Shown: in pieces, positions 12,266 through 25,707 of the stretch | Numbering within the stretch: position 1 is the stretch's first letter | How the letters are laid out: the number at the start of each line of letters is the position of its first letter | Assembly (NCBI GenBank): GCA_951406725.2 | Contig: OX597822.1 | Location: 77,934,001-77,998,000, forward strand | From: Octopus vulgaris | Taxonomy: Eukaryota | Length of the DNA: 64,000 bases | Direction of reading: 5' to 3' | Program-made: the position numbers and the translations under genes | The notes under the pieces: model-generated | What the model saw: the letters and a program-made list of their open reading frames with translations, nothing else | What the model was told of the DNA's origin: nothing | The model's database searches: none

Positions 12266-12289
12266 CGAGAAACATGTGTCTGACGCCAT
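12266..12289 (-). CDS. Candidate NTPDase start mini-exon (MASDTCFS)
   Basis: Strong polypyrimidine acceptor ..ctttcaaatttag|aaaATGG (exon from 12292); in frame with the downstream exon through a weak donor TCG|gtttat. Confidence 0.4.
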
Positions 12290-12999
12290 TTTCTAAATTT
12301 GAAAGAAAAGAAAAGAAAAAAAAAAGGTTACAGTTTAACGTTGGACTCAACAACTTCAGCAACATTATAAAGTACGTGTTTTGTTAGAAAAGTCAAGTGG
12401 TTCAAATAAAAGAACAGAACTATTAGTACCTTGTATTCATGAAGCTAAGCATCTTTTGTGTAAATAAAATCGTTCTTGATTTTCGACCTGCTTCAGTGAA
12501 AGAACATTTGTTTCGAAGTGAATAGTTTCACAAAATAGAATAAAATAAAATAAAATGAAAAATAAGAATTAATGTTAACAGCAAAAAAAGGTTTCACGAG
12601 AAGTATAGCTATTAGCGTGTCTTCCCTTTTTTGCAATATGGATTCTGCATGAGGCTATAATTAAAATGTGCGGAGATGTTTAAGCTATTTTTTTGTAGTC
12701 CCACAAGTGTCAGGAAGGAGATGGGGAGCTAAAGTGATTTTTTAAATAATTTTGAGACAAACGTTCTTCATTAGCTTTCATATAATAATTTAAAATATAT
12801 TCAAACATCCGGTGTTTGAGTGTCAGCTGAAAGAGTAGAAAGGCAAAACTCGGAGTACGGACATTTTAAAGTCGATCAGGACGTAAAGATAGGATACACT
12901 GCTTTCATGTGTTGAGCTATGCATATATATGCATATATACATACGTATATGTACATACTTACATCTATACGTGTATATATATATATATATATATGCATA

Positions 13000-13500
13000 T
13001 GTGGGCACAGGACATTACGAAACGTGTACAACAAAAATGTACGAAGCACAAGTACATGGAATATGAACTATTCTTTCGAACAACGAAAGACACACATAAG
13101 ACATGGAAAACAAAACAAACAACATAAAGAACGACCCTTCATCAGTTGTTGGCTGTTTTTCAAGTCTCGTATTTCGAGCATTTAAGAACAATATACGCTT
13201 TCGATAAAACAGTGGCTCCCGCAAAGCAAATTGAATAAAATTTAGGATTTTGCGGAGGGTGAAAATAGATAACACAAACAGGACAGTGAAAACAAACAGA
13301 AAGGGCTGCTAAGCCTATGTTTCAAATGTTTGATTCACCCGACGAAAGTAGTTTTTTTTTAATGATGTAACTATTCTATTCATCACTAAAAGAAAAACAC
13401 GTCTGAAACAGCTGTAGGGATCCACAATCCATCCGCCGTTATTTGTTTATCATTCACCGACCACGGAACCCGCAATTCGCTTGGATCTAGAGTCTACTGA
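13000..13500. mobile_element. Degenerate PLE-terminal-like fragments with hammerhead-like motifs
   Basis: CTGATGAAGGG on - (~13135-13145); CCGACGA...CTGAAACAGCTGTA on + (~13339-13417); follows (TA)n. Confidence 0.4.
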
Positions 13501-13814
13501 GTGCAGTTCAATGGGTGCAGTGTTCGTATCCATGTGCGACCTTGAGGACTCGTTGCATATTCAGTTGGCTATTTGTGATTGTACGCGCGCGCGCTCACAC
13601 ACACAATTACACATACACACACTCACACACTCTCACATACACTATCATTCACATACACACGCACACAAACATACACTTACACACGCACACAGACACACAC
13701 AATCAGACAGACACAGACACACACACACACACACACACACATACACACACACATTGACTCGAAACGCTAAAGACATCTTCGATTTTCTCTGATCGTGTCT
13801 CCTTTGTGTATGTA

Positions 13815-15058
13815 TTGGTTTGGCAACTAAGTTACCGCCGTTTATTTAAATTTTGGAATTTATTGCGATTTTAAATTTTGGAATCTAATTTTTTCGAGAA
13901 TTCTATTTTTGAATCATTTTGGAATCTATTTTTTTTTCTAGTTAATTTTAGTTAATATTTGTTTATTTTCAGGAGCATTTTCAACACCTCCTTCTTTTTG
14001 CTTTTAATCAAGGTTCTAAGGCCGCAAAAGCTGCTCGTGACATTTGTGCTGTGTATGGAGAGGGTGCCATAGCTGAAAGAACCGCTCGTGAAAGGTATGT
14101 CAAGTTCAAAAATGGAAATTTTGACCTTAAAGACGCACCTCGTTCTGACCGTCCAATTGAGTTCGATGAAGAGCGATTAAACCAACTTTTGCACGAAAAT
14201 TCTCGTCAAACGACAAGAGAACTGGCAGAGAAAATGGAATGCTCCCACACTGCTATAGAGAAGCATCTTCACTCGATGGGAAAGGTTCAGAATTATGGAA
14301 CATGGGTTCCGCATGCTTTAAGTGACAACAACAAAAATCAACGCGCCACAATCTCCCCTGGTTTGCTTGCTCGCCACCACTCAACTCATGGACACAAGCA
14401 ACGATATCTTTACCGAATCGTTACTAGCGACGAAAAATGGTGCCTGTACATCAATATGAAGCAACGTAAGGAATGGCTTAGCCCCGGTTAACAAGTGACA
14501 CCGCGCGTGAAACAAGATCTTCATCCGCGTAAAACGATGTTGTGCGTATGGTGGGACTGGGAAGGGATTGTCCATTACGAATTGCTTGAACGGAACCAAA
14601 CGGTCAACGCGGAACTCCATGTTCAACAGATTGAACAACTCAACACGGCTATTCAAGAGAAAAAGCCTAATCGGCAGCATGGAGTTCTTCTGCTGCACGA
14701 CAACGCCCGCCCTCATATCGCCAATATGACCAAGGAATCCATTCAAACGCATGGCTGGGAAGTTCTGTCACACCCGTCGTGCTCTCCTGATGTGGCACCA
14801 ACGGATATCCACCTCTCTTGATCTCTTTCAAATGCTATGCATGGAGTTTCGTTCAATACTGATGCAGAATTGAGAGCATGGTTGGATCAATTTTTCGAGT
14901 CGAAATCGAGTGATTTCTACCAACGAGGTATTGAAAATCTTGTTGAACGTTGGGAAGAGGTTGTAAACAACAAGGGTGAATATATGATCAATTAATTAGT
15001 TGTTATTTTTTATTAAACTTCTTTAAAATTAAAATTTTTTAAAACGGCGAGAACTTAG
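13815..15058 (+). mobile_element. mariner transposon (DD34D), defective, right TIR truncated by a microsatellite
   Basis: TA|TTGGTTTGGCAACTAAGTT left TIR, AAACGGCGAGAACTTAGT at right; WVPHAL, IVTSDEKW, HDNARPH, SPDVAPTD motifs; in-frame stops at ~14490 and ~14820. Confidence 0.93.
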
Positions 15059-15838
15059 TATGTGTGTGCATATATGTATGCATGTATGTCTGTGTGCGTA
15101 TGTATGTATATACATGAGTGTGTATGAATATATGTATGTGTGTATGTAAATATGTATATGTGCGTATGTATGTGTGTGCATGTGTGTATATGTATGTATG
15201 ATGTATGTGTGTGTGTGTGTGTGTGTGTGAGTGTGTGTGTGTGTGTGTGTATGCAACTGACATCATAGCACTGTTCCGCTTGACAGGATAGCATGGCGAT
15301 TGTAAAAACCACATTGTTTTATCGCAAGCACAATACTGGCAATGGGAAAAGTTGCAGATTTTTTAAATCTTTATTTTATTTTATTTTTTGGATGGGTTGC
15401 TACAGATGCATTCTTCTGTGAGCAAGGGGGAGAGATTATAAATGTGTTTTGAATGAGCGGTGTTCGTGGATACCCCAAAAGATAAGGTGAAATGTAATTA
15501 AGTGGTGTCTGGTCCGCTCTGTGACTGTGCTAAGATGCGGTAGTTATTGAAAAGAACAAACAAAGAATATGTTTGTTTTCGTGATTATGGTATTAAAAGT
15601 TTAATTATGATTGGCGGCTCGGCGTGAAGGGACATGGGCGGTTGTCAGTTGTGGAAATCACGAGGAAGATAACAGTCAGGGAAGGGGTCTTGTTAGGGTA
15701 GATTATTAGATAAGTATGGGGAAGTGGTTGTCTGGAAAAAAAACTGGTCGATGCCTTTGTAAGTAGGGCAATTATAGACATACAGACTGACGAGCTCGCA
15801 TACACAGCGCTACACGTATACATATGTATACATCCACA

Positions 15839-16060
15839 CACTGCACTGTTCCGAAGGTCCCAGCTGTCCCGTCTAGAGTAAGGACCGTGTACTGCAATAG
15901 CTTGGGAGTCAAGGGCACACGGCTATTTAACGCCTTTCGAAAACAACTCAGGGATCTTCATTGAATAGGATTAGGTGTTTTCAAGAAACAACTTGATCTC
16001 TTACTATTCACGGTTCCAGATGAATCTATACTAAGGCAGGAAACTCGAAAGAGGGTAGTC
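15839..16060 (+). mobile_element. CR1-group LINE 3' ORF2 fragment
   Basis: Translates as CNSLGVKGTRLFNAFRKQLRDLH*IGLGVFKKQLDLLLFTVPDES, a typical CR1-like C-terminus. Confidence 0.6.
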
Positions 16061-17219
16061 GTATGAAACTTCTCCCTTCGCCAAAAACCAATCACATAAG
16101 ATTGGCTATTGAAAAGGTGATTACACTGGCGGGGCTCCAGCATGACCACAACCTTAAAGCTGAAAAGTATAAACGAATAAAGAATAAAAGAATATATATA
16201 TATATATTCTTTTATTCTTTATTCGTTTATACTTTATATATATATATATAGTTATGGTATATTCTGTTACGAATGTAGTAGAGGACAGTATAGAAATCGT
16301 CCACCTTCAGATTACCCTCTTCTATCCAGTAGTAATATTATACATACGTCCAGGTTTGCATTTGGACATCAGTCCAGTGTGAACAGATAATTGAAAAAAT
16401 TGGAGTCAGCAAGAGAGGAGTACGACTGGACATTTATTTTTTAATCGCTACAATTGTTTCCACGCAACGTAGCTCTCGAGGCGTGCAGGTACTTGATTAT
16501 GCAACCACTTCCCTGCATTATGAGATTTAGTTGGATATCGCGGTACACGATTTGTGTTCTGTTTTAAATTTATGTTTGATATATTCTCTCACCTCTGCCC
16601 AGGTGCTTACACTTATCAATTATTCACTCTAAATTTTACAGTACCTGTATATATATATATATTTACATATACGCATACATACAATTACGTATGTGTGTAT
16701 GTAGATGTATGTATGTACACATCACGGCATCACGCTATTAACCAGACAATCGAATGTTGTTATACATCGAAATACCGCTAAGCATTTCGCCCGGCGTGCT
16801 AACGATTCTGCCAGCTCGCCGCACTAAATGAATATAATGATGATGATGATGGTGATGATCATGGTCATGGCTGACAACAATATTATTAAAAGCAATAATA
16901 TATAAAATATGTAAAACTTAGAAGATGGTTTGCTTACCGACATTGACTGAGAGAAGTGGCGACGCCGAGACATCCATGAATCTTTCAAAGGCATACACAG
17001 CCTGAAAAATTAGAATGTAGCCATGTACATGCTCATCAATATATAGTATACATGCAATATATAATGTTATGTAATATAGTATAATATATATATATGTAAA
17101 CATATCCTACGCACACATATGCATACATGTATAGTGACAGACACAGGACCAGCATTAATTTAACATCATACATACACACACGCACATACACACACACACG
17201 CTCACATATCAAATTTCAA

Positions 17220-17260
17220 TGGCTGAGGATTGGCATCACGCCTTGAAACTCGAAGTACCA
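17220..17260 (+). ncRNA. Degenerate minimal hammerhead ribozyme in a short PLE-like tail ending at (TA)n
   Basis: TGG-CTGAGGA-ttGGCatcacGCCtt-GAAA-CTCGAAG-TA-CCA. Confidence 0.45.
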
Positions 17261-17285
17261 AAGAATTTGAATGAAACTGCTTTGA

Positions 17286-17320
<35 letters not shown>

Positions 17321-17734
17321 CTACAACTATTTAACCTCCCTTCACGAAATTAACATATCCTGTGATTAAATTACACACACACACACACAAGCAAAACACT
17401 TCATTCCATATTTCTTCAGTCCAATCAGCTGTAAACGGGTCACCCTGTGAGAGAGTAGGCTTCCAGTCAGGAGGAATGTTGGCCTGCCCACCTAGCTAGC
17501 AGGGTGTCATCGTTCGAAAGTTAAAACAATGCGAAGTGTATTGTGACCAGTGATGCCCGATTGTCTGGTCGATACCGTGATACACAAATATCTGTCTATC
17601 TGTCAGTCTGTCTGTCAGTTTGTCTATCTTTCTATCTATCTATAGATAAATAGATACGCACACAAATACATGCAGCACACACACGTGTATATGTGCATGA
17701 TGGACACACACACACGCGCGCATATTTCTATCTA

Positions 17735-17771
<37 letters not shown>

Positions 17772-18300
17772 CTTACTTATTTTCGACCGAAGCAGTACAA
17801 CAATGATTACCAAATCTGAAAGCTTTGAGAAATATACGGCATCTAATTGAAACGAAACGAGAGCATAGAAAAAATTCATAAAAGCCAAATCACACACACA
17901 CACATTATAGAGAGTATTGAGCTATTGTTTCCCTTAATTACCGAACATCAAGTGTATTATTCCTGTAATTCATTACCATTCAATATTCGTGGGCCATTTC
18001 CTCATCACGCTAGAAATATCGACAAACTAACAAGCGTTGTTGGCATCAGCCTGCAATAAATTTACTCTGGTTTGTCTTAGAGCTCGCCAACAAACCAACT
18101 GCAAAGTTTTCCAGATAAACAAATATACATGTACGTACAGACGCTGACATGCAGTGGCTGGCATTTTCTATACGAATTCGACCAACCGTTTAATACAAAA
18201 TCACATACTGCGTTCCAACATACGTGCTACGTTCACATATTGACATAGACATATAAACACACACACAAACACATTCATACAGTGTGTGTGTGTGTGTGTG

Positions 18301-18660
18301 TAGGCGCGGAAGTACCTGCGTAGTAAGAAGCTTGCTTCCCAACCACACGGTCCCAGGTTCAGACCCACTGCGTGGCACCTTGTGCAAGTGTTGTCTACTA
18401 TAGCCTCGAGCCGACCAAAGCCTTGTTAATGGATTTCGTTGACAGAAAGTGGAGCTCGTCGCATGTGTATGTGTGTGTGTGTGTTTCCCCCCACCATCAC
18501 TTGACAACCTATTTTGGTGTGTTTACGTCCCCGTAACTTAGCGGTTCGGCAAAAGTGACCGATAGAATAAGTACTATGTTTACAAAGAATAAATCCTGGA
18601 GTCGATTTCTTGGACTAAAAGCAGTGCTCCAGCATTGCCGTAATCAAAGAGTAAAAAAGA
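18301..18660 (+). mobile_element. SINE family B
   Basis: Head-to-tail match to family B. Confidence 0.85.
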
Positions 18661-18708
<48 letters not shown>

Positions 18709-18787
18709 AGAGTTTACGAAAAAAACAAAAGACAGGTGGTGTACAAAACAAATAGATGTATTAGAATCACGCTCAGGAATAGAAAGT

Positions 18788-18823
18788 CTTTTACGTTTCG
18801 AGCCTACGCTCTTCTACAGAAAG
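18788..18823 (-). ncRNA. Variant minimal hammerhead motif in a ~165-bp element (18705-18870) between (TA)n tracts
   Basis: CTTT-CTGTAGA-A-GAGCgtagGCTC-GAAA-CGTA-AAAG; stems I and II pair, core A6 is altered; related copy at 44054. Confidence 0.55.
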
Positions 18824-18874
18824 GAACACAGAAAAAACAAGGAGAGAAGAAAATGTGTGTAGTGGCTAACTATA

Positions 18875-18910
<36 letters not shown>

Positions 18911-19010
18911 TGTATGTATGTATGTATGTATGTATATATATATATATATTTATATATATATGCATATGTGTGTGCGTGCGCGCGCGGGTGCATTTATAGG
19001 TATATGTAAA

Positions 19011-19050
<40 letters not shown>

Positions 19051-19384
19051 CACACGCGCTCACATTCATAGTCATAAATGACAGTTGTAGTTTTGATGAG
19101 GTTTTATTTAACAATATGAACATTCAAATATAATGACAAATTGTTTCGTAACTCGAAAACATGCAAATAATTTATATTGTTATGTTTAATAATAGATAAG
19201 TTTCTTACAGGTCTGCCTAAATGCAAAATGCAAAGGATCTTTCAAACTACAAAAAAATGCAGATTTTTTTATATTTTGCATTAATGTAGACATGTAAGTA
19301 ATTTATTTATTATATAAATATATTAATATAAATTATTTACATGTTTTAAGTAACGAAACAATTTGTTGTGATATTTCCTTTTTT

Positions 19385-19569
19385 TTTTTACTTGTTTCAG
19401 TCATTTCACTGCGGCCATGCTGGAGCACCGCCTTTAGTCGAGCAAATCGACCCCGAGACTTATTCTTTGTAAGCCCGGTATTTATTCTATTGGTCTCTTT
19501 TGCCGAACCGCTAAGTGACGGGGACGTAAATACACCAACATCGGTTGTCAAGCAATGTTAGAGGGACAA

Positions 19570-19624
<55 letters not shown>

Positions 19625-20615
19625 CAACAGGCTTCTTTCAGTTTCCGTCTACCAAATCCACTCACAATGCTTTGGTTGGCCCGAGGCTATAGCAGAAGAC
19701 ACTTGCCTAAGATGCCACGCAGTGGAACTGAACCCGGAACCATGTGGTTGGTTAGCAAGCTACTTACCACACAGCCACTCCTGCGCCTATTGTTAAATAA
19801 AAATTCAGCAAACTATTTCTCTCTCATTTAGACTTCATACACGACTCTTTATCGCTTTCTCCTGTATTGCACTATATATTCTATGTGTTTTATGGAATCT
19901 TTTCTACTCTAGGCACGAGGCCCCAAATTTGTTTTGGAGGGAGAGGGCTGGAGGGCAGTCGATTACATCGACCCCAGTAAACAACTGGTACTTAATTTAT
20001 CGACCTTGAAAGGATGAAAGGCAAAGTCGACCTCGCCGGAATTTGAACTCAGAACATAAAGACAGACGAAATACCTATTTCTTTACTACCCACAACGGGC
20101 AAAACACAGAGAGGGCAAACAAGGACAGACAAACGGATTAAGTCGATTATATCGACCCCAATGCGTAACTGGTACTTATTTAATCGACCCCGAAAGGATG
20201 AAAGGCAAAGTCGACCTCGGAGGAATTTGAACTCAGAACGTAGCGGCAGACGAAATACAGCTAAGCATTTCGCCCGGCGTGCTAATGACTCTGCCAGCTC
20301 GCCGCCCTTATGCGTTTTGTAGAATGATAGATTAAGGAGCGTCCTTTATTTGTGTTTCCGGATTACTTGAATACAGCTATTGACTTAAATATAGTCTTTA
20401 TTCTTTTACTTGTTTTAGTCATTTTGGCTGCGGCCATGCTGGAGTACCGCCTCCAGTCGAACAAATTGACACCAGGACTTATTGTTTGCAAGCCTAATAC
20501 TTATTCTTTCGGTCACTTTTGTTGAACCGCTAAGTTACGGGGACAGAAACACAATAACGCCAGTTGTCAAGCAATGGTGGGGGGACAAGCACAGACGCAC
20601 AAATACACACACACA

Positions 20616-20668
<53 letters not shown>

Positions 20669-20804
20669 GACGGGGTTCTTTCAGTTTCCGTCTACCAAAT
20701 CTACGTACAAGGCTTTCGTCGACCCGAAGCTATAGTGGGAGACGTTTGCCCCCCAAGTTACCACGCAATCGACTGAATCCGGAACCATATATATATATAT
20801 ACAG

Positions 20805-20836
<32 letters not shown>

Positions 20837-20882
20837 AGTGTGTATATTATGTATATGTATATATATATATAGAGAGAGAGAG

Positions 20883-20950
<68 letters not shown>

Positions 20951-21333
20951 GAAGGAGCGTGGCCCATTGGTCAAGCTGTTGCACTCAAGATCTCTAGATC
21001 GTGGGTCCGATTCCCTGACTGGGTGGCGCGTTGTGTTCTTGAGCAAGAGACTTCATTTTACATTGCTGCAGTATCCCAGGATGTTGGTCTGCTCGCCTAT
21101 CCAACGGGGTGGCGTCATTTGAAGGCTGCATTGTGACCAGCGATGTGTAACAACATTTGATCTCCAGGTCCGATATCTATATATATCAATCACGCGATTG
21201 ATATATACATATATATACTCTTTACTCTTTTTACTCTTTTACTTGTTTCAGTCATGTGACTGTGGCCATGCTGGAGCACCGTCTTTAGTCGAGCAAATCG
21301 ACCCCAGGACTTGTTCTTTGTAAGCCTAGTACT
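19385..21333. mobile_element. SINE cluster: B(-) 19385-19788, A dimer(-) 19898-20308, B(-) 20400-20788, C(+) 20953-21165, B tail(-) 21218-21333
   Basis: Matches to the three recurrent tRNA-derived SINE sequences. Confidence 0.85.
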
Positions 21334-21345
21334 TATATACATAAA

Positions 21346-21376
<31 letters not shown>

Positions 21377-21671
21377 TATATGTATGTATATATATATATG
21401 CGTGTGTGTAGAGTGAGAGAGAGGGGGAGAGAGGTGGGGGGAAGAAATAAACATCTTGTTTGTCATAGATATTTTAGGGTTTCAATTATAATTTTCTTAT
21501 GTTTTTGTTTTTGCTTGCTGGGCCTGCAAGAAGGAGTTGATGGTCATAGCCTTCTGAAACCCTTCTAAATCTGCAGGATTTATATCTTTAATGTTCTTGT
21601 TGATTATTTACAAGTCAACACCTGGGAAAAAAGTTATGAAAAGAGAGCTGGTTTCAGGGACCCCATATTGT

Positions 21672-21951
21672 GGGTTGAAAGGCTGTGTATATTGACAAGT
21701 GCGGAGTCTGGACCTTGGACTTAATAATGGTAATGACAGAACTGGGTTGAAAGGTTGTGCATTTTGACAAGTGCGATGTCTGGACCTTGGACTTATTAAT
21801 GGTAATGACAGAACTGGGTTGAAATGCTGTGTATATTGACAAGTGCGGAGTCTGGACCTTGGACTTAATAATGGTAATGACAGAACTGGGTTGAAAGGCT
21901 GTGCATATTGACAAGTGCGGTGTCTGGGCCTTGGATTAATAAGGGTAATGA
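21672..21951. repeat. Minisatellite, 72-bp unit x ~4
   Basis: The unit gggttgaaaggctgtg...taatgacagaact starts at 21672, 21744, 21816 and 21888. Confidence 0.92.
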
Positions 21952-22030
21952 GAGGAAAAAACTACAAATTGGCTGGAAATGCCTGAATTTGGTGGCATTA
22001 GTCCATTTTTTCCGAAGAGCAGGACCAGTG

Positions 22031-22335
22031 TACGAGGATGTGTTGAAAAGTTCATAGGCTAACTATGAAGGAGTGATGCTAGTTCTGTGAAAGCTTGCAT
22101 ACATTAATTTCAATTCTCTTATTAATAACTGTGTTGATGATGACGTCATGTCTAATGTTGATGACTCTTTTGACCCACAAGATGAAAGCTTTTTCACCAA
22201 TGGAATCCAAGCACAGCGTCATCTATGGGAGAAGTGTGTGCATCGCAAAGGGGACTCTGCAGAAAAATAAACGTCCTTTGGTTATACTCCTTGAGAGAAT
22301 CTTGGTCAGTCTATGAAGTTTTCAACCAATACTTT
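22031..22335 (+). mobile_element. Internally deleted mariner-like element
   Basis: TACGAGGATGTGTTGAAAAGTTC left end; C-terminal remnant QDESFFTNGIQ..WEKCVHRKGD; right end GAAGTTTTCAACC. Confidence 0.65.
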
Positions 22336-23218
22336 TACAGTAACGGTAAAATGGGTAGATGTGATTGTCCATTTGTGGGCCACAGAGTGGCGTGTTTCTC
22401 TGTCTTCAATGCAAATCAGTCAGGTGACTCATCTTTCGTTGTGGTATTGTATGTCTGTGTGCAACAGTAGCAACAGCAGCAGCACTACCACCATCACCAC
22501 CACAACCGCCACCGTTTCAGATATGCAAGTAATGCTGTTTTGTGGTCCTCACTAGACTTTTGTAGAAAGCCAATAATTGTAAGGAGGCTGATCGATGTTC
22601 TCACCACAAGGTCCAGTCTTTATTGCGTTGTGATGACTTGTGTGTCTCAATGATCCTGGGAGCCAAGCCAGAGGAGTGCAAGCTCCTGGTAGGTCTCCCA
22701 TGCGGCAAGTCGAAGTATAGAGAACCGACTAATATGAATCACCTCTTCCCAGAAATAAAACGCCCCTATCTAGACAAGAAGCGAATTTCCAGAAGCGTCA
22801 TTGACAATTCAAAACCAAAACCCGGGAGAGGATAGCTCAGAGTGGAGAGCAATCAGAAAAGTTGTCGATGACCTATGCTTCATAGGCAGAGAAAGGCTTA
22901 AGTATGTAAGATGTGAGGTCCGGCCATGAAGTGAAAGGCTAAGAAATGGGACGCATGCCTAACTATGCTAAGGACTTGTATCAAATCGTTGGCAATGGTT
23001 TCTGTTGTTCATCGTCGTGTTGTTGTTTAGATAGAAGAACAAGAGGTTCCATTGTGGCATAAATATTGTAAATTATAGTTTATGAATGATATTACAATGT
23101 TAATATTGTATGAGCGATAATTTTAGACAAATAAAGACAGTATTGTTTGAGTAATGATAATTCTGGCAATCAAATTAAAAACGAAAAACAGATTTGTCAT
23201 TGGCTGCGAAAGGAAATG

Positions 23219-23488
23219 ATAATTCGTTGCTATTATGCAAAAGTGTCGTAAGTCCAAAACGTTGCTTTTTCAGAAAAGGAAAAAATAGTTTCACCATTCC
23301 GTAGCAACACCGTTGTACTACTCTTGGACAATTTTTGATATCTTGGCATGTGAAGCAGCTGCAGATATGATAGTTTGGCCAAACGAACCGGCTGTTGCAA
23401 GCAAAAATAAATATTGAAAAAAAAAAAAAAAAAACGCATTTGGCCAAATTTGGACATACGACAGTTTAACATAATAGCAACGAATTAT
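23219..23488. mobile_element. MITE with 19-bp TIRs
   Basis: ATAATTCGTTGCTATTATG...CATAATAGCAACGAATTAT; second copy inverted at 58413-58643. Confidence 0.8.
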
Positions 23489-23717
23489 TAATTAATAAAA
23501 TACGAAAGAGCGATCTTTTATCTTTTTCCTGTTCCTGTCATCAGATTACGGCCATGCTGGGGCAACACCTTGAAGAATTTTATTCGTACTCTATTTTTTT
23601 AAGCCCGATACTTATTCTATTGGTCTCTTTTGTCGAACCATGAAGTTACGGGGGCGTAAACCCACCAACGCCGACTGTCAAGTGGTGGTAGGAACAAACA
23701 CAGACACATGGAAACAC

Positions 23718-23751
<34 letters not shown>

Positions 23752-23759
<8 letters not shown>

Positions 23760-23920
23760 CCCTCGCCATATCGCGGTTTATTATTTAAGCTTACGTCGAA
23801 TCCTCCGTGGTGTTGTTTTGCATTTATAATAAAATAAATATATACAAATCATAAAAATAATTTTAAAAATATACAGTACTGTTTCTACTTCGCGGATTGC
23901 AACGTAACACCCGTGATAAG
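23752..23920. mobile_element. Tigger/pogo-like MITE fragment
   Basis: Terminus CAGTAATCCCTCGCCATATCGCGG; right end truncated. Confidence 0.45.
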
Positions 23921-24418
23921 CCCCAAGGTATGTTTTTTGTGTTAAAATCTATATACAGGAATGTTCTCCCGAAGAGAAGAATGGATCCACTTTTGGTCCC
24001 TAACTTCGAAATTACAATAGACGACTAACCTTTTATTTTTATTTCAAATTTTATATCATGTCGCTCGCCGACAGCTGTTATGGTTGAGGAGATATAATAT
24101 GAGGGTTTATAGTGGCTTTTTAGCGGCTTTGACTGCTATTTCTAGGCCTGTAAGGGTTTTAATAACCTTCTCCGTTACAACTGATTTTTTCACAATTATA
24201 CACTCTTCTTTTATGAAAAAATTTTTGATTGCATGTTCTGGCCACTGATATATATACGTAAATAATTTTGAATAGTTTACGATATATTCTGCACAATGTA
24301 AATTTATTTTAATTCCTCTGATATATATATATATATCTAATATACGATAAAATTTTTCGAAACAAATTTTATCAATGGCCAGCATATTAAAAAATACCTT
24401 TAAAGGTTAAGTTTATAA

Positions 24419-24867
24419 ACAACTTATAAACAAGGGCAAAATAAAAAAAAAATTCTAATGCCATTAATACCGAAAATAGACACATCGTCCATAACCATAT
24501 AATTCATCACTATAAGTACGCGTCTCGAAGAAAGCCGACAGAAATTTCTAAAAAAATTCCGTTATTACCATATCGAACCCGATTTCAGAGTTAATTCATA
24601 AGAACCTTCTCTTCGTCAGTGATAAATGCGGCAAAGTAGGTATTTCAATTATTTCTTTGCCGCATTTATCACTGATGAAAAGAAGGTTCTTATGAATTAA
24701 CTCTGAAATCGGCCCGATATAGTAATAACGGAATTTTTAGAAATCTCTGTCGGCTTTCTTCGAGACGCGTACTTATAGTGATGAATTATATGGTTATGGA
24801 CGATGTGTCTAGTTTCGGCATATTTGGCATTAGAAATTTTTTTTCTTTTGCCCTTGTTTATAAGTTG

Positions 24868-24868
<1 letters not shown>
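24419..24868. repeat. Fold-back inverted repeat (~215-bp arms, 18-nt spacer) with a hammerhead motif in each arm; probable PLE inverted pLTR
   Basis: The arms are clear reverse complements with scattered mismatches; (TA)n follows at 24871. Confidence 0.9.
24667..24719 (+). ncRNA. Degenerate type-I hammerhead motif (mirror copy 24571-24624 on -)
   Basis: TATCA-CTGA(T/C)GA-A(A/G)AG...CTCT-GAAA-TCGG-CC-CGATA. Confidence 0.55.
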
Positions 24869-24933
<65 letters not shown>

Positions 24934-25116
24934 GCAAAAAAAAATAATAAACGAAGAAAAAACAACTATGTGAGGACAATTGTATATATATATCGATTGC
25001 AAATGAAATGTTTTGTTTATGTGCCATAGGTTACGGCGTGAAAATACAATGTCATGACATAATACATACATACATACATACATACATACATACATACACA
25101 CATACATACATATTGG

Positions 25117-25380
25117 TACTCCGTCAGTTTCCAAGACGAGTGTTCCAGTTGATCCGATCAACGGAACAGCCTGCTCGTGATATTAACGTGCAAGTAGCTG
25201 AGTACTCCACAGACACGCATACCCTTAACGTAGTTCGCAGGAAGATTCAGCGTGACGCAGAGTGTAACAAGGCAGGCACGGCCTATTTTTGCCAGTTGAG
25301 TGAAATGGATCAACGTGAAATAAAGTGTCTTGCTCAAGGACACAACGCATCGCCGGAAATTGAACACACGACCTTACGAC
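25117..25380 (-). mobile_element. SINE family C
   Basis: Reverse of ..gttgtgtccttgagcaagacactttatttcacg..gagaactacgttaagggt..gatcggatcaactgg. Confidence 0.8.
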
Positions 25381-25607
25381 CGTATGCATGTGTTACTATA
25401 CATGCATAGGCACACACACGTATACAGAAAGAGAGAGAGAGAGGGGGAGAAAGGAAGATAGAGAGAATATATATGTATGTACGTATGTGTATCTTTGTGT
25501 GTATGTGTGTGTGTGTGCGTGCGTGTGTGGTGAATCGAATACCCTAACCCCTAAATGACGCACCTTCACTGGATAGCATTGTGAGATTGTATATATATAT
25601 ATGTAAT

Positions 25608-25707
<100 letters not shown>

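Noticed and set aside
21672-21951. Possible CRISPR-like array
   Set aside because: Contiguous tandem units without unique spacers; eukaryotic context
25542-25554. Telomere-like CCCTAA units
   Set aside because: Only two imperfect units
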